Source: Octopus vulgaris (lineage: Eukaryota). From it: 64,000 nt of DNA. The translations under genes and the position numbers were made by a program. The notes beneath the pieces were generated by a model that had not been told where the DNA came from, searched no databases, and was given only the letters and a program-made list of their open reading frames with translations. Below, in pieces: positions 50,620 to 64,000 of the stretch. Each line of letters starts with the position of its first letter. Positions within the stretch are counted from its first letter, which is position 1. The DNA is taken from assembly GCA_951406725.2 (NCBI GenBank), contig OX597817.1, positions 102,486,001-102,550,000 on the forward strand, written 5' to 3'.

Positions 50620-51010
50620 GAGGTGGAATTGGGGATGGAGTTACCTGATTCATATTTACCTCAGTTCTTGACGGGATATTTCTTTTATTATCCCAGCATA
50701 ATGAAAGGATCAGTTAACCCTGCTGGGACTTGAACTCAGAAGGAAAGCGCCGAAAGAAATACTGTAAGGCAGTTTTTCCCAAACTTTTTAGAGTCGCGAC
50801 CCACTATTTATCACACCAGTTTATGACGACCCACTTAACTCTACTGAGTATCTCGATAGACAGCAGTTAATCAAAGCTAATGCGTAATTTTTATAACCTT
50901 TTGCGACCCACTAAGATTCCGTTCGCGACCCATCTATGGGTCGCGACTCATAGTTTGGGAACCACTGCTGTAAGGTATTTAGTATCAATCCATCGCTCTC
51001 AACGCCCGCC
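50620..51010 (-). mobile_element. Degenerate SINE interrupted by a hAT MITE
   Basis: ATGAAAGG..GAACTCAGAA..GAAATACTG resumes after the MITE and runs to CCCGCCTT. Confidence 0.55.
50770..50967. mobile_element. hAT (Charlie-like) MITE with perfect 8-bp TSD
   Basis: TIRs CAGTTTTTCCCAAACT / AGTTTGGGAACCACTG; TSD CTGTAAGG on both sides; internal GCGACCCA repeats. Confidence 0.92.
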
Positions 51011-51681
51011 TTGATAATAATAACAACAGCATCCTTATAAATCATTGATTGGTAATTTCCGACGTATTTGCTTAACTTTGCTTCTAGTTCTCAGCTGTTT
51101 CTGTTTCCTATGATAAACAGCAACTACATTCCAAATACGACACATGCAGTTACATAAATAACTCCAATTGAGAAGTGATACCGCTTTCAAGTGGGTTTTC
51201 TTTATTTTGGCACTCATTTTCGTATACACAAATTAATATTCACCTTCCTCCCTCTCTTTGTCTCTCTTTCTCTCTCTCACTCTTACACACATACATACAC
51301 TCAAACACACAAACACACAAACACACACACACACAGAGACACACGAAGCAAACCAAATAGTCTCGATGTGCATAGAATGTATAAAGTGCATAGTGTTGGA
51401 GAAGCGTGCTTTTTTACAAACGTATTAATTCCACAAGCATGCAAAATACAAATACTTATAGCAAAATAGAGGAAAAGCGAATACTAAAAACCATTATTTT
51501 TGCGTGTATGTGCGTGTGTGTGTTTGTACGTATGTATGTGAAATAAGCATTAAGCTATAAAAACGACGATAGAATATAGAATTCTACTGCTTTAGCCTTC
51601 TTTCAATGCAGTTGTGTACACAATTTGTTACAGTTATGTTGTTGGTGTTATGGTTGTTGTTTGACTGCGTTATTTCAGATA

Positions 51682-52137
51682 CGAGGGTGAGTCAAAAAGT
51701 AATACCATTTTGTTTAGGGCAGGTATAATTACCAACACAGGAACATGTATCATACATCAAAATGAAGCTGGTCCTCAGTGGATCACTTCCCTACTTCTCA
51801 ACATAGTCACTGTTTCTCTCAATAATGTTCTACCTTCAAATGAGAGCATGTATCCATGCCCCGTAAAATTCTGATGATAGTCTGAAGGCGCTAAATCTGG
51901 TAAGTTTGGAGGTAGTGAAGAAGTGGCTCAAAGAACAGTCAACAGAGTTTTACGGGGCAGGGATACATGCTCTCATTCGAAAGTGGAACATTTCTATTGA
52001 GAGAAACGGTGAATATGTTGAGAAGTAGGTATGTGATCCACAGAGGACCAGCTTCATTTTAATGTATGATACATGTTCCTGTGTTGGTAATTATACCTGT
52101 CCTAAACAAAATCGCATTACTTTTTGACTCACTCTCG
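51682..52137. mobile_element. Palindromic mariner-derived MITE
   Basis: TA-flanked CGAGGGTGAGTCAAAAAGTAAT / ATTACTTTTTGACTCACTCTCG. Arms about 190 bp. Right arm encodes a transposase C-terminus KKWLKEQSTEFYGAGIHALIRKWN..ERNGEYVEK*. Confidence 0.92.
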
Positions 52138-53444
52138 TACATTTTGGCTTCATTCCGTGCATGATGGAGAAACCATTTACCGTTGCTCCAGTTTTCGTTG
52201 TTCTGCCAATGTTTCCATCGTGACCATCATGTCTTATTATCTGGCGTATTATATCCAGGTCTAGATTATCTTGCGTTGAATATATTTCGCTGATGCGGTC
52301 TAGTTAGATCGAAACATGTTCACTGCTTCTAGAAGTAAAATTTAAAGACCACATCCACTCTATTCTTTATTGTTTATATCGTGCACATATTTCTATCAAG
52401 TGGAAAGATAATTCTCGTAGAAGCAATTCTTGTCTACAAATTGCTAAGATATCTTCAGTTTATCGAAGTTTTGCAATTTACTATTTTAGGATGGAAACCC
52501 AGTTTGAAATAGATCCACAGTGCATGTTCTTTTGGTTCCCTTCGTGGCCGAGCTGTATACACCACAGTTCTGGGAAATAAGAACACCCGAAAATTCCAGG
52601 TTCAATCGTCACTAAAGGTAGCATTTTGAAATGAACAAAAGTTATTAATTAGGTGGGTCTGAGTCCCTTAGACTATTAGGAACTAACGGACTAAAATATT
52701 TGTTTCACTGGAGTCCTTCGTTTGAAGATTTGTCCTGCTGCCCATTCCTACTATGTATGGAATATCCTACTATGTACATCTAATAAGCAGAAAGCTTATA
52801 TGAGGTATTTTCTCTCAGGTTTGTTCATTGTGTTTTTCAGCAACAAAGAAGCTTATCTTCTATTTTTAACTGGTCGAGTAACCGCATATATGCCATCTCT
52901 TCTCGTAGTAAAATATGTTGAACACATGGATCTGATTATCTTTACGAAAAATTGTGAAGTTGTTGGTATTTGGGGTTTCTACATTCATCTTCCGTACAAA
53001 CAGTCCAAAGTTGAACCAGTGCAGAAAAATGCTAATTTCTTTAATAGATAGCATGAGCGAAAGATAAACTTATTAGTGTGTAGAGACTATCCTTTCTATT
53101 AATCGCAACTAATAACTGCATGGGACATAAGGCTAGAAGTCAAGAAATATATGATAGACCACGAGGCTTTAAAACTATAACCGACGGCTCACTCATGTAT
53201 GAGATGTTTTACCGAAGGAATCTTAGTTGTGAAATCTCGCTAAAATTGTACTCCACTTATGTATCTGATAAACAAGATAGGAAAGTCACCGTTGGAATTC
53301 TTTTGTGGCTAAACTACAATAATAACGATATGAAGCGAACAAAATATGCCGTCTCGCCATTTCTCTCTGTCTCTCCATACTCTCTCACACACGCATGTGC
53401 TCACTTGCGCAAATACACATACACATACAAAGATATGAAATTGA

Positions 53445-53481
<37 letters not shown>

Positions 53482-53520
53482 TTAAGAAAATGAGATGACG
53501 GTTATGTTATGAGCATTATT

Positions 53521-53600
53521 AACTTACAGCGGTTTCTGCTATAATGCAATGGACTCATAGTTGAGTGCCTGAATAACATCCTATAGCTTCATCAGAGCCT
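53521..53600 (-). ncRNA. Type I hammerhead ribozyme with extended loop 2, next to (TA)n
   Basis: Minus strand GGCT-CTGATGA-A-GCTATA(long insert)TATAGC-A-GAAAC-CGCT-GTA-AGTT. Confidence 0.75.
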
Positions 53601-54599
53601 CGAATATGAAGTGAAATATATTTTTTCTTGATATCATAATTTCCTTTGTTTTTAACATTCGGAAAGCTCACAGATTTGTGAAGCTGGAAAAGGATATTTG
53701 ACATTCGTGCTTTTGTTCATGAGTACCTTTGCTGCATTGAATAGTCTTCACCTAAAATCTGTGGTGGTTCGGGAACACCTTTTAATAGAATCATACATAC
53801 TTTTCTTCATAGTGATAAGGGAAATAAAGACACAGAAATAGAGAGAGACTGACAGAGACTGAGAGAGGGAGATAGGGAGAAAGGGAAAGAGTGTGGGAGA
53901 GAGAGAAAGGGAAAGAATGTGGGAGAGAGAAAGGGTGAGAGAGAGACATGACGAAGCATAGAAATATAATCACGGGTGGGTGTGAGTGTATGTTAGTGCG
54001 TGTGTGTATGTTGTGTGAATATATTTTTATGTTCATTTTCAGCGTTCATACTTACTTTTAGGCCGAGAAAGCATGATATTTAATGACTGGAAGCAAATGA
54101 GAATTACCGTCCTGTTTTGGCAGCCAACATTTTTTAGTTAACGACGCGAGAGGGACAAGACATAGAGCATGTCGCCTCAATATGACAGCCATAAGCAGAA
54201 GATTAATAGAAGAAAAATATACGATTTTGATAATTTCTGTTAAGTTTCTTGGGGTTGTCATGTCTATTTATTTATTGAGTGGATGGTAGTTAGGTGGAAT
54301 ACGAAATAACTTGTTGATATTGCAATTAGATGATAGAACGTGTCCGAGACTGTAAAACGGAGCAAATGCCTTTTTGACACTCGTTGCGCTTAGGAAGGGC
54401 AGCGGAGCAGTGATTTGTGAACTGGAGAGAGAAGCAGAAAATGTTTCATAATTGATATGGCAGACGAATGTGAGAGAAAGGTCAAAGCTGAAAGCCAAAA
54501 CAAAACAAAAAAAAAAGGAGAAAGAAAAAGAAAGAAAGCAAGAAAGAAAGAAACCTCAGTGTGTATTAAAGCAAAATAGTTGTTACATGGCTGGATTGG

Positions 54600-55510
54600 T
54601 CACAACTGCACCCGGATGAGTGTGCTATCTGTAAGGAGAAGGGAAGAAAAGAGTACCACAGCATGTACGAAAAAAGCCGGACATTCTCGGGTAACATTAA
54701 TGCTGATCGGAACTGTATGAAAGGGCAAAAATCATTGTGATATTCAATCGACAGCTGGCGAATGAAGATCAAGTTACATGTAAAATATTGACTGACCAGA
54801 CTATCAGGAAAGAACTTTCGAATGACATACTAAAGCTTCGGAAAGACGGCGTGATTTCTCGGAAAGGTAAGATAAGAGTATGAGAAGGCAGTAGAAACAA
54901 TGTGAAAGAATTACACAAGAAATACCCTCAAGATGTCCTGTTTCTTACAGCCTGATTTGCAGAAGTGTTTTCAAGAGCTGGTGGAATTCCATCGCCCAAA
55001 AGTAGGTTGTAAAGTTAGGCAGTATCGCGAGTCGGTAACAGCTAGTTAGCTGATAGATACAAGTCGGAACCAGGAATGATCATCTCACAGTATTCAAGGA
55101 CTTGTTACCTATCTTCGTACTCAACCAGGTCCTGTTGCCATCAGAACAAAACTGGAGTGGCCCAGAGCCAAAGATTGGCATCCCTAGATAGTTATCTCTC
55201 TGTGGCTAAACAGAACAAATTGAAAGGATCGACATTCTAACAAATAAACTCATTTATCTAGATATTCCATGAAATGTGCGGAAATAGATTTGGTAAAGCC
55301 GTGATTAACCCAAAGGTATAACCAAATAACGGGCATCGGATGAAAGAAGGTTTGTAACGGAAAAAAAAAAGAATGTGGAAAAAGAATTGAATGCATCCCG
55401 ATAAACGTCAAGGAAATCATTCGATTTGTATTGGAAACGAACAGAAGGGAAGGAATATCCTATTTATATCAACGGACGTAAGAAAAAAATACGAAAGCAA
55501 AAATTTATGA
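54600..55510 (+). mobile_element. Very degenerate non-LTR RT remnant, possibly R4/NeSL-like
   Basis: Purine-rich coding-like texture; a decayed IN.L.YLD-like motif near 55240 and a VRK..SK-like motif near 55480. Confidence 0.35.
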
Positions 55511-55877
55511 ATCCCTTTAGTTTCGTAATGTCGGGCACTTGAAACAAATCCTCCCGGACTCCCATCAGGAGGTCATCCTACACCCAATCACCCATTCATG
55601 GCTAAGTTGCTTCCATATGCTCCAGATACGACCTCATAATTCTATGGCGTTTCTCTGTTCAATGAATCAGAGTGTAACAGTATGGCTCTTTGGTCGTACC
55701 TTAGATTTGCGTTTCTGTTATGCCTATACACCATTTTTGTTCATTATTGGACGTAGATGAACGAGCGATAACATATTTAGTGAGTCTGTTGCTGGGCCAC
55801 ACGCACACACACACGCACACACGCACACACACACACACGCACGCACACACACGTACGCATTTGTATGTATACACACA

Positions 55878-55957
<80 letters not shown>

Positions 55958-55974
55958 GACACACACATACATAC

Positions 55975-56130
55975 ACGACGGTCTTATTTCAGTTTCTGTC
56001 AACCTAATCCCACAAGGCCTTGGTCGACCCGAAGCCATAGCATAAGACCAAGGTACCACCCAGTGGGACTGAACCTGTAACGATATTGTTGGAAAGCAAA
56101 CTTTTTACCATACAGCCGCGCCTATGCCTA
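55975..56130 (-). mobile_element. SINE head
   Basis: Same family as 7365-7530. Confidence 0.75.
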
Positions 56131-56414
56131 CACATGTGGAAACGCAGACGGTATAGTTTAAATTCCAATGAAAGAGTCTTTTTCCCAGGCTAGGTGCCAA
56201 CTCTTTCTTCATAGATGAGAAATTAGAAACATAAAACAGGAAATCATACATTCATGTATGTTTTCTCATTTTACAAAACTTCTCTGATGATACTGTCGAA
56301 ATTCCTATGAAAATGCCGAGATTCTAAGCAGGAAACCCACTCTTACTTCACTAAGAAGAGATTTGGAATGAAAAACAAAAAGAGCTGGAAAACATCTCTT
56401 ATCTTTTATTTTTT

Positions 56415-56605
56415 ACTTTTTTCAGTCATTAGACTGCGGCCATGCTGGGGCCCGCTTTGAAGGATTTTTAATCGAATGTGTCGACCATTTTGCTAATTAT
56501 TTTCTAAAGCCAGGTACTTATTTTATCTATCTCTTTGCCGAACCACTAAGTTACGGAGATGTAAACACACCAACATCGGTTGTCAAGCGGAGTGTGGGAC
56601 AAATA
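56415..56605 (-). mobile_element. SINE tail
   Basis: GACTGCGGCCATGCTGGGGC...GCCGAACCACTAAGTTACGG...CGGTTGTCAAGCG. Confidence 0.8.
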
Positions 56606-59580
56606 CATCGTCGGCGGCGTTTTATCGTAAGTCCGATTATTTGACTTCTTCTTGACCGCTTCTTCTCCTCTATCCGTCTTTATGCCTCTGATGGCTAAAG
56701 AGGCCGATTCTTGCATGGAAGTGTCTATTGCAAAGTTCAAAAGGGATCTATAGTGGAGGTTGTGTTTGTTGCAGCCTCCATTTTCTTTCTTGTCGTTTCT
56801 CTTCTTTCCTCTGTCATTCAGCTTCAAAATGATCTGTCACAGTGGAGATGGAATGATGCCAACCAGGCCTACCATGAGCTTCAATGTCCCAGGCTTTGGG
56901 ATCGATTTCAGTCAGTTTGAGGTTTTGCTTCAGCTGATCCTTCTATCGACGGAGGGGACAGCCACGGAGTCTTCTTCCGGAAGAAAGTTCACCATATAAA
57001 ATTTAACAAGGCAGCCTGGTCTCTTTCAATCTTGCTACGTGGCCCGCCCATCTCAGACGATGTTTTAGGATGGTGGCCTTGATGCTGCTTCTTTTCGTTC
57101 TCTCCAAAACGGAGTCATCGGTCACATCGTCATTTCATTTGATATTCATAATAGAGCGGAGCTTCTGTTGGTGAAATCGCTCTAATTTTTTGACGTCACT
57201 TCGGTAAGAAGTTCAGGTTTCACAACTGTAGAGGAGAGTGGAGATCACTAAATTTTGTTTGGTGGTTCTTAAAGACCCTTTTCGCGAGTCCACCAAACGC
57301 AGTGTGAGCCGCCCTTAATCGGTTCTCTACGTCCTTTTCCGATGTGCACTTGTTCGATAGCAAACTTCCCAAAGTTTGAAAAGTGGTCGATTTTCTCCAG
57401 TGGCGTCCCCGAGATGGTAACATTGAGGTCTGGAGTTTTCTAGCTTAGAATGGGCTATGCCAGGATTTTTGTCTTTTTGATGTTGACTTTTAGGCCAAAC
57501 CGAGTGTAAGCATTGATGAAGTTATTCACCAACTGTTGAAGCTGTTCACTGGAGTGGCAGACCGCTTCGTTCTCATGAACATACTGAAGTTCAGTGATCT
57601 TTTGCTTCCTAGTCAGTCTTCGTGACTTCAATCTGGCAAGGTTGAAACATTCCCTGTCATATCGGTACCTAATGTTGGCTCCTGGATTGCCCGAAGGCAG
57701 TTCATGAAACATTGCTGCAAGGTTCAGGGGGAAGAGTGTTGAGGCCAAAACGCATCCTTGTTTTAATCATCCAGTGATGTGGAAGTCTTCAGACAATTGG
57801 TTTTGATGGAAGATGGTTCCAGTCATATCGTTATATAATCCCTGTATTAGGGCAATTAACTGATCGGGGCAGCCGGAGCATCGGAGGACCTTCCACACTG
57901 CAGGCCTTGGGACTGTATCAAAGGCCTTTTCGGGGTCGTAGAAAACAAAATAGAGATGTTTTTGTTGTACCCTACTATTTTCTTGGACATAGTGCTTCGG
58001 GTAGGACCTCCTCCGCGATGACTTGGAGACGATCCAGAAGGAACTTTGCAAAGATTTTCTCTACAGTGGATACCAGTGAGATGGCACTATAGTTTCCACA
58101 TCTTTCTATCTCCTTTTTTGAAGATGGCGACGATAACAACATCTTTGAGGTCTTTGGGAACGTGGCGGTTCTTCCACATTCGGAAAATCAATGTGAACAG
58201 ACTGGTGTTTAATAGTAGTCCACCATGTTTTAGAAGTTCCATTGGGATGTTGTCTGGGCTAGAGGACTTCTGCTGTTTCATGCAGTTGCAGGTAATCTGA
58301 TACTCTTTGTAGAATGGTGGCGTGTTCATCTAGTGTCAAGTTTGATGCATGAGTACGTTCTTCAAGAAGTCATCCGCCGCGTTGGAGCCTTGGTTCAGAA
58401 GACTCGAGAAGTGCTCTCTCTCTCTATAACGTTGAACGATATCTTGTAGGTCAGCCAGGATGGTGTTGGAGTCTACTGATTGATGATCTCACGGGCATCA
58501 ATCTGATTGATGACCATGTTGATGATCTAACGAGCCCCAAAAGTTCCTGAGTTCACGTCTGAAGTCACGGGTGTCAGCATACCTTTGGAGTTCAACGGCT
58601 TTTTGTTACCACCAGTTGTTCTGCATCTCTCTCAATTTTATTTGGTATTATCTTTTGAGGTCTTGATATCTCACCTTCTTGTGCTGCGATCTTGGATCTT
58701 GCTCATGAGAGAAGTGGGCTTGCCGTTTTGCATCGATCAGCTGGCTGATTGCTAGATCATTGTCATCAAACCAGTCGTTATGTCTCTTTTTGCTGTACCC
58801 GAGGGTGTGTTCAGCCACTTCAGTGATTGTTTTTCGAAGTGTACTCCTTTCCTTATCCATATCCTGGTTGTCAGATGGGATGGATTGAAGGTGTTTGAGA
58901 ATGGAAGATGCACAAAGAAGCTGATCTCTGGGTTGTTAAGCTTCGCTATATCAAATTTTCTTCTGACTAGTTTTGTTTTTCCAGTCTTTGGTTTGCTGTT
59001 AACCATTATTCGAAGGCGGATGATGGTCTGTTCAGCAATCGTCAGCGCTGTTAGCCGTTTGCGTGATGGGGGCGTTTCTTTTGTCTCGTTGCCGAATGAT
59101 GGAGTAGTCCAGGAGATGCCAGTGTTGCGAACTGAGATGCTTTTAGGTGGTCTTGTTGCGATTTAGGAGTCGAAATTGGGTGTTGGTGATGAAGAGAGAG
59201 TTTTCAGCACACAGCCCAAGGAGCAAGAGTTCCTTTTCATTGCAATTTCCGACTCCTTTTTCTTTTTTGTTAATAACATTCTCCCATTGCCTGTTGTCTT
59301 TCCCCACTCTTGCATTGAAATTCCCGAAGGGGAGGAGCTTGTCATTTGGTGGTACATTGAGGACCAGGTCACTCAGCTGTTGGTAGAAGGTATTTTTCAC
59401 ACTGTCATTGGTATCAAGTGTAGGTGCGTAAGTAGAGATCAGTGTCAAAGGTAGCAGAGATCGGTATTTGGAGAGACATGAGCTGTTCATTGATGGTAGA
59501 AGGTTTCAGATGGTGTTTCTTCACAAACTTGGATTTTACAGCAAAAGCGATTCCGTGAATTATTCTCTCTCCTTCTTGTT
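56606..59580 (-). mobile_element. RTE-clade LINE, near-complete ORF (APE + RT), degenerate
   Basis: LISTYAPT, GNFNARVG, LFITNTQF, WHLLDY, DWFDDND, SSPDNIPMELLK, VFYDPEKAFDTV and FGLKVNIKKTKI motifs. Confidence 0.92.
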
Positions 59581-59635
59581 TTCCTTTAAAGGAAAGAAAG
59601 ACTGGAGAGATAGGTCCTTCTTCTGGAAACGTGTA

Positions 59636-59696
<61 letters not shown>

Positions 59697-60477
59697 ACCG
59701 ACCAGGCCATCAGATGTTGCTACACATCGCTGGTCGCAATGCGAAAGTACACCACAAAAATTACACCACAAAACCCTTGACGAGTGTTGTGCAGTGGGAT
59801 CTATCCTGGATTTGGGTGGCTGCGATGCAAACTTCTTGTCCATACGGCTATGCTTTGACTTAGCTTAACTGAATTAAAATATTGTTGAGACCAACTTAGA
59901 CTGAGTTTCATCCGGATTATTGTAAGTGGAAGAGTTTCCTTGTTAAATACACAGCTAAATCTTCTATGTCAACAGCGTGTACGACTGGCCCTCTACACAT
60001 AAAATAGAGTCATACATCAGTGTCCACTTGATGAATGGCAATGCTCGATTTCAAGTAGTGAACAAACAAAATATGGAACTTTGAAGACTCGGATACAAAT
60101 ACCTTTTGTGTGAGTGTTAGTGTGCTAGCGTATGCGATTGCATACTTTTGAGTGGGTTTGTTGGCCATATACGTTTTAACTGTAAATATACACACATTCA
60201 AGTATCTAGATGCAAACAGTTAGAAATAGAGTCAATAATAGAATATTTGTACTTTTAGATTGGCTATTCTTCAATTGAATTAAATTACCTGTAGCTAACT
60301 GGATTGTATATTTCAGTGGCTTTTTTTTTATGGCGTTCATGCTTTGTCAGGAATTATTTAGAGCGTATGTGATGTGAAAGTATTACCATAAGGAATTGAA
60401 CTTGGCTCGCCGATAGCTTATCGTCTACCTTACTGAGACAACCAAAAATGTACTTTCTCTTTCTCTTTGTACACACG

Positions 60478-60535
<58 letters not shown>

Positions 60536-60770
60536 TACAATCAAACAATCAGATGCGTACATACAATCAGACATATACGTACATAAATATACATACACAC
60601 ACACACCTTAGTACAAACATATACACACCCACATACGCACAAGCACAAACATGCCATTCTCAGCAAAACAACTTCCATTACCTGATAACTAACGATCATT
60701 TGCCATAAGTGTGAATATTACTAAAGTGGTATAGTCGAAATTCTTCTCTTACATTATTTTGTGTTATTCT

Positions 60771-60870
60771 AAGGCGGCGAATCGGCAGAATCGTTAGTAT
60801 GCCCAACAAAGTGCTTAGCGGCATTTAGTTCATCTTAACTTTCTGAGTTCAAATTCTGCCGAGGTCGACG
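60771..60870 (+). mobile_element. SINE head (family of 15983-16785)
   Basis: AAGGCGGCGAATCGGCAGAATCGTTAG...GAGTTCAAATTCTGCCGAGGTCGAC. Confidence 0.8.
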
Positions 60871-61367
60871 TATGTGTTTGTGTGTATGTATGTAATATAT
60901 ACATACGTGTTTGTGTGTGTAGTTTAATTCACGTCAATAAGTTTCTTGATCTTCTATTTGAAATTGTGGTGGATGGATAGGTGTGGGGGAATACATATGA
61001 TTAAATATATTTATACATTTACAAAGTTTTTTCTCAAAATAGCTAACTTTGACTGACGTACTTTACTGTTCACTAATGAGAGTATGTGTGTGTACTTGTA
61101 TCCATACACGTGTATTGTGGATATGTATGTGTTTTGCGTGTGAGTGTTTACACGGTTCTTTAAAATATGTGAGACACTTATGAATACGATACAAGCCAAT
61201 CCTCCGTATACACATTTTTATATTTTTACAATATTATAACGTACATGTTACTTCAGTTATTTGAGTCAAGAGGATGTCAACGATTCGCATTCTTGTAAAG
61301 TCATAAGTAACACATTTTAACCTTTGTTTTGCACGTCGCCTCACTGTAATTTTGTACTCCATAGAAC

Positions 61368-61407
<40 letters not shown>

Positions 61408-62892
61408 TGTATGTATGTATGTATGTATGTATGTTTCGGTGTCTTGTACTGCAGAATTCAAAGTTCCTTTTAGGCATAATGAGTTTTTTTTTAGAGAAGA
61501 AACGTGACTAGTTCGACTTCTCTTCATGAAATCGAAATTTTTAATAGTTTCGAAATGATTCAGTAAATTGTGGACTCGACAACACGAACACTACCGCAGC
61601 TCGGTCTATTACAAAAAGCAGCCGAATCTCCCATAAATCTAGTGTAAAAAAAATTCAGGTCACAGTCGAAGAATCTCTGCAAGAAGCACATCTTTGATGC
61701 GTGTATATGTACCAGAAGCCATGGCATGCCTCTAACTTGCTATATAGAGTGGCAGCAGAGGGATCACCTAAGTAGTGAAACATAAACTTTCCACGGGGAG
61801 TTAAACAGGCGCTTCAATTTACTCAGTTTGTATGATGATCTGGCAGTCGTAACCGAACCGTACCTCAAACAGAATAACACATCTGTCGATTCAGCGTTCC
61901 ATAATGCTGCTCACTGGCATGGACTTACATCTTTAGGTGCCGAGCTTACCGACTTGTTTTGGGTACCCCTTCGATGGCATCTGATGGCCATCTCCTCTTC
62001 AGTAGCAAACACGATCCTTCCGAGTTCCACTTCCAAAAGATGCCCCTCAACTATTCCAACGCTAACCAATACGTACTGATAAGGCGAGAGGGTACAGCCT
62101 TGTTAGACCGAGAGTGGTGGTTGTCTTGCTCTGTTTACTGTATGTAATCTTTCTGAAGGACGGAAAGAAGAAACAAGGAATCTCTTGCAGGGCTCAGACA
62201 AGCTTTCTTCCTCATTCCTTGCAAGAAGTAAACCTACAAAATGTCCAATATGAATCCTTTTTAAAATAAGATCCCAAACTGTTTTCTTCGATTTCATGGA
62301 AAATGATTATACTTGTCAGGGTGATCGAAAGCGTGTGGAAACTCGAACAGATCCATGCACAACCTTCACCACAGCGATACACAGAGAGGTTTGATAATAA
62401 TGCTGACATCGGTGAAAACTCAGATCGATTTGGATTGTTTATACATGCTGACTCACAAGCCGCTGTTACAGAAAATAGAAACGTTGATCTTGGACCTGAA
62501 ATGGCCGTGTTGAAATATGTGAACGATGTCAGCATCGTAGAAATGGATGACATAATGCGAGTCGATGGCCGGGACTAATATCAACCTGGATAAGTTGATG
62601 GGCTTGCAGTTTAGCATCGAAAGAAACAATTCTACAGACTGTGTCGTGATGTGCCATCCCCACTCAGGCATTCCCGTACTACATCCCCCTTCTTCATCAC
62701 CTCCTGTTGTGTCCCCAAGCTAGGCTGATACTAAGTCTTTCCTTCTAAGAACGTCGGCTCTCTGGACCCTCTATCACCTTGCTTATGGCTTTCCTGCAGA
62801 TGTAGACTTACAAATTTTGAAGCAGTAATGGTACCAATCTTACTTGTATAGGAGTCTCTTCAAAGGACATGAATATGCTACTTCCTCCAGAC

Positions 62893-63144
62893 CAGTGGTT
62901 CTTAACTGGGAGCCATATGACCCTTAGGGGTCCATATAAGATTTTGTGGCCAAAGTTTATGCGCAATAAATTTATTATACTTCTACGATGCACAAAATAT
63001 TTCAACAATTTTTTGTACTATTTCCTAATATTTAATTATAAAAATATAATGGGGTTTTTTACGCATAAAATGGCTGGGGTGGTACAGTTGAGTAAAATAG
63101 GAATAAAATGGGTCCATAGGTAAAAAAATAGTTAAGAAACGCTG
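62893..63144. mobile_element. hAT (Charlie-like) MITE
   Basis: TIRs CAGTGGTTCTTAACT / AGTTAAGAAACGCTG; 8-bp flanks CTCCAGAC / CTGCAGAT match at 6 of 8 positions. Confidence 0.8.
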
Positions 63145-63233
63145 CTGCAGATTCAACAATTAAAAACAAAAGAATGAATGGCAATCTGGTTAACACTATT
63201 TTTCACATGTTCGGCAATAGTTTCCTTTCCTTA

Positions 63234-63450
63234 CGAGGAGGTGCTGAAAAGTTCTTGGCTTTAAGGGTATCGCAAATGGCCCGGCTGGGTGCCCAACCTT
63301 CCGAGTTCTTTTACAGGACTTAGAAAAACTGAAGGATCGCTGCAATAAGTGTGTGAATCTGAGTGGGGAATATGTTGAATAAAATCATGATTAACTGATC
63401 CGCCTGTATTTTCTTTTACCCAAAACCAGGAACCTTTGAGCACCCCCTCG
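63234..63450 (+). mobile_element. Mariner internal-deletion MITE
   Basis: TA-flanked TIRs CGAGGAGGTGCTGAAAAGTTC / GAACCTTTGAGCACCCCCTCG; retains GLRKTEGSL / RCNKCVNLSGEYVE* transposase tail. Confidence 0.88.
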
Positions 63451-63881
63451 TATACATCTCTCATGCCATGCGCATTGACTAAAGCCATAGGATTGAAGAA
63501 AACCGACTGATTTAGTTTTACGCCTCAATTTTCAACATGGCGAATTTCATGATTCACAGTATCTCTCACTTCATTGTTATTTTGGTGGGATATCCATGTT
63601 TGTTGCGTCTGTCCAAATCCAACTTGTTTGTTCTGTACAGCATCGATCATCTCATTTCCACCTTTGCCTCTGCTACCCAACAGTTATTTTAACTTTATAT
63701 ATATATATAGATGAGTGTATTTTTTACCTTGTTAACAATTAACACGGAAAAAATAAATAAATAGTTACCAGGGTAGCAAAAATCTCACAAGTAAAGATGT
63801 TGTAACTCCTTGTTTATAAAGGTAGAAACTTCGTGTTTACGTTGAATATTTTGAATAATATATGAATAAATAAATGAAAAC

Positions 63882-63944
<63 letters not shown>

Positions 63945-64000
63945 TTCATTCCTGTCAACTTTACTGGTTGAGCCTCACAAAATATGATCCGAAAAATCCT

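Noticed and set aside
56281-56320. CTGATGA...GAAA hammerhead-like motif
   Set aside because: No convincing stem II or stem I pairing could be drawn

Overview
AT-rich, microsatellite-dense animal genomic DNA with no host protein-coding gene that I can support. The SINE families and repeat landscape look cephalopod, probably Octopus; this is an inference from recognising the repeats, not a database result. The window is dominated by transposons. Penelope-like elements (PLEs): a near-complete RT + GIY-YIG copy (about 20.6-23.9 kb), a second PLE RT (35.1-37.1 kb) and several 3' fragments. Non-LTR elements: a Tx1/L1-like LINE with an RNase H-bearing I-group LINE nested in its ORF1, a CR1 LINE with a (CTTAA)n tail, three RTE remnants and R4/NeSL-like remnants. 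DNA transposons: a full-length frameshifted mariner plus mariner, hAT and Tigger MITEs. Many tRNA-derived SINEs are also present. The most notable hidden structure is about eleven type I hammerhead-ribozyme motifs (several intact, several degenerate) from at least five sequence families. They sit in PLE terminal repeats, usually next to microsatellites, and some lie in or beside long fold-back palindromes. Boundaries of degenerate elements are approximate.
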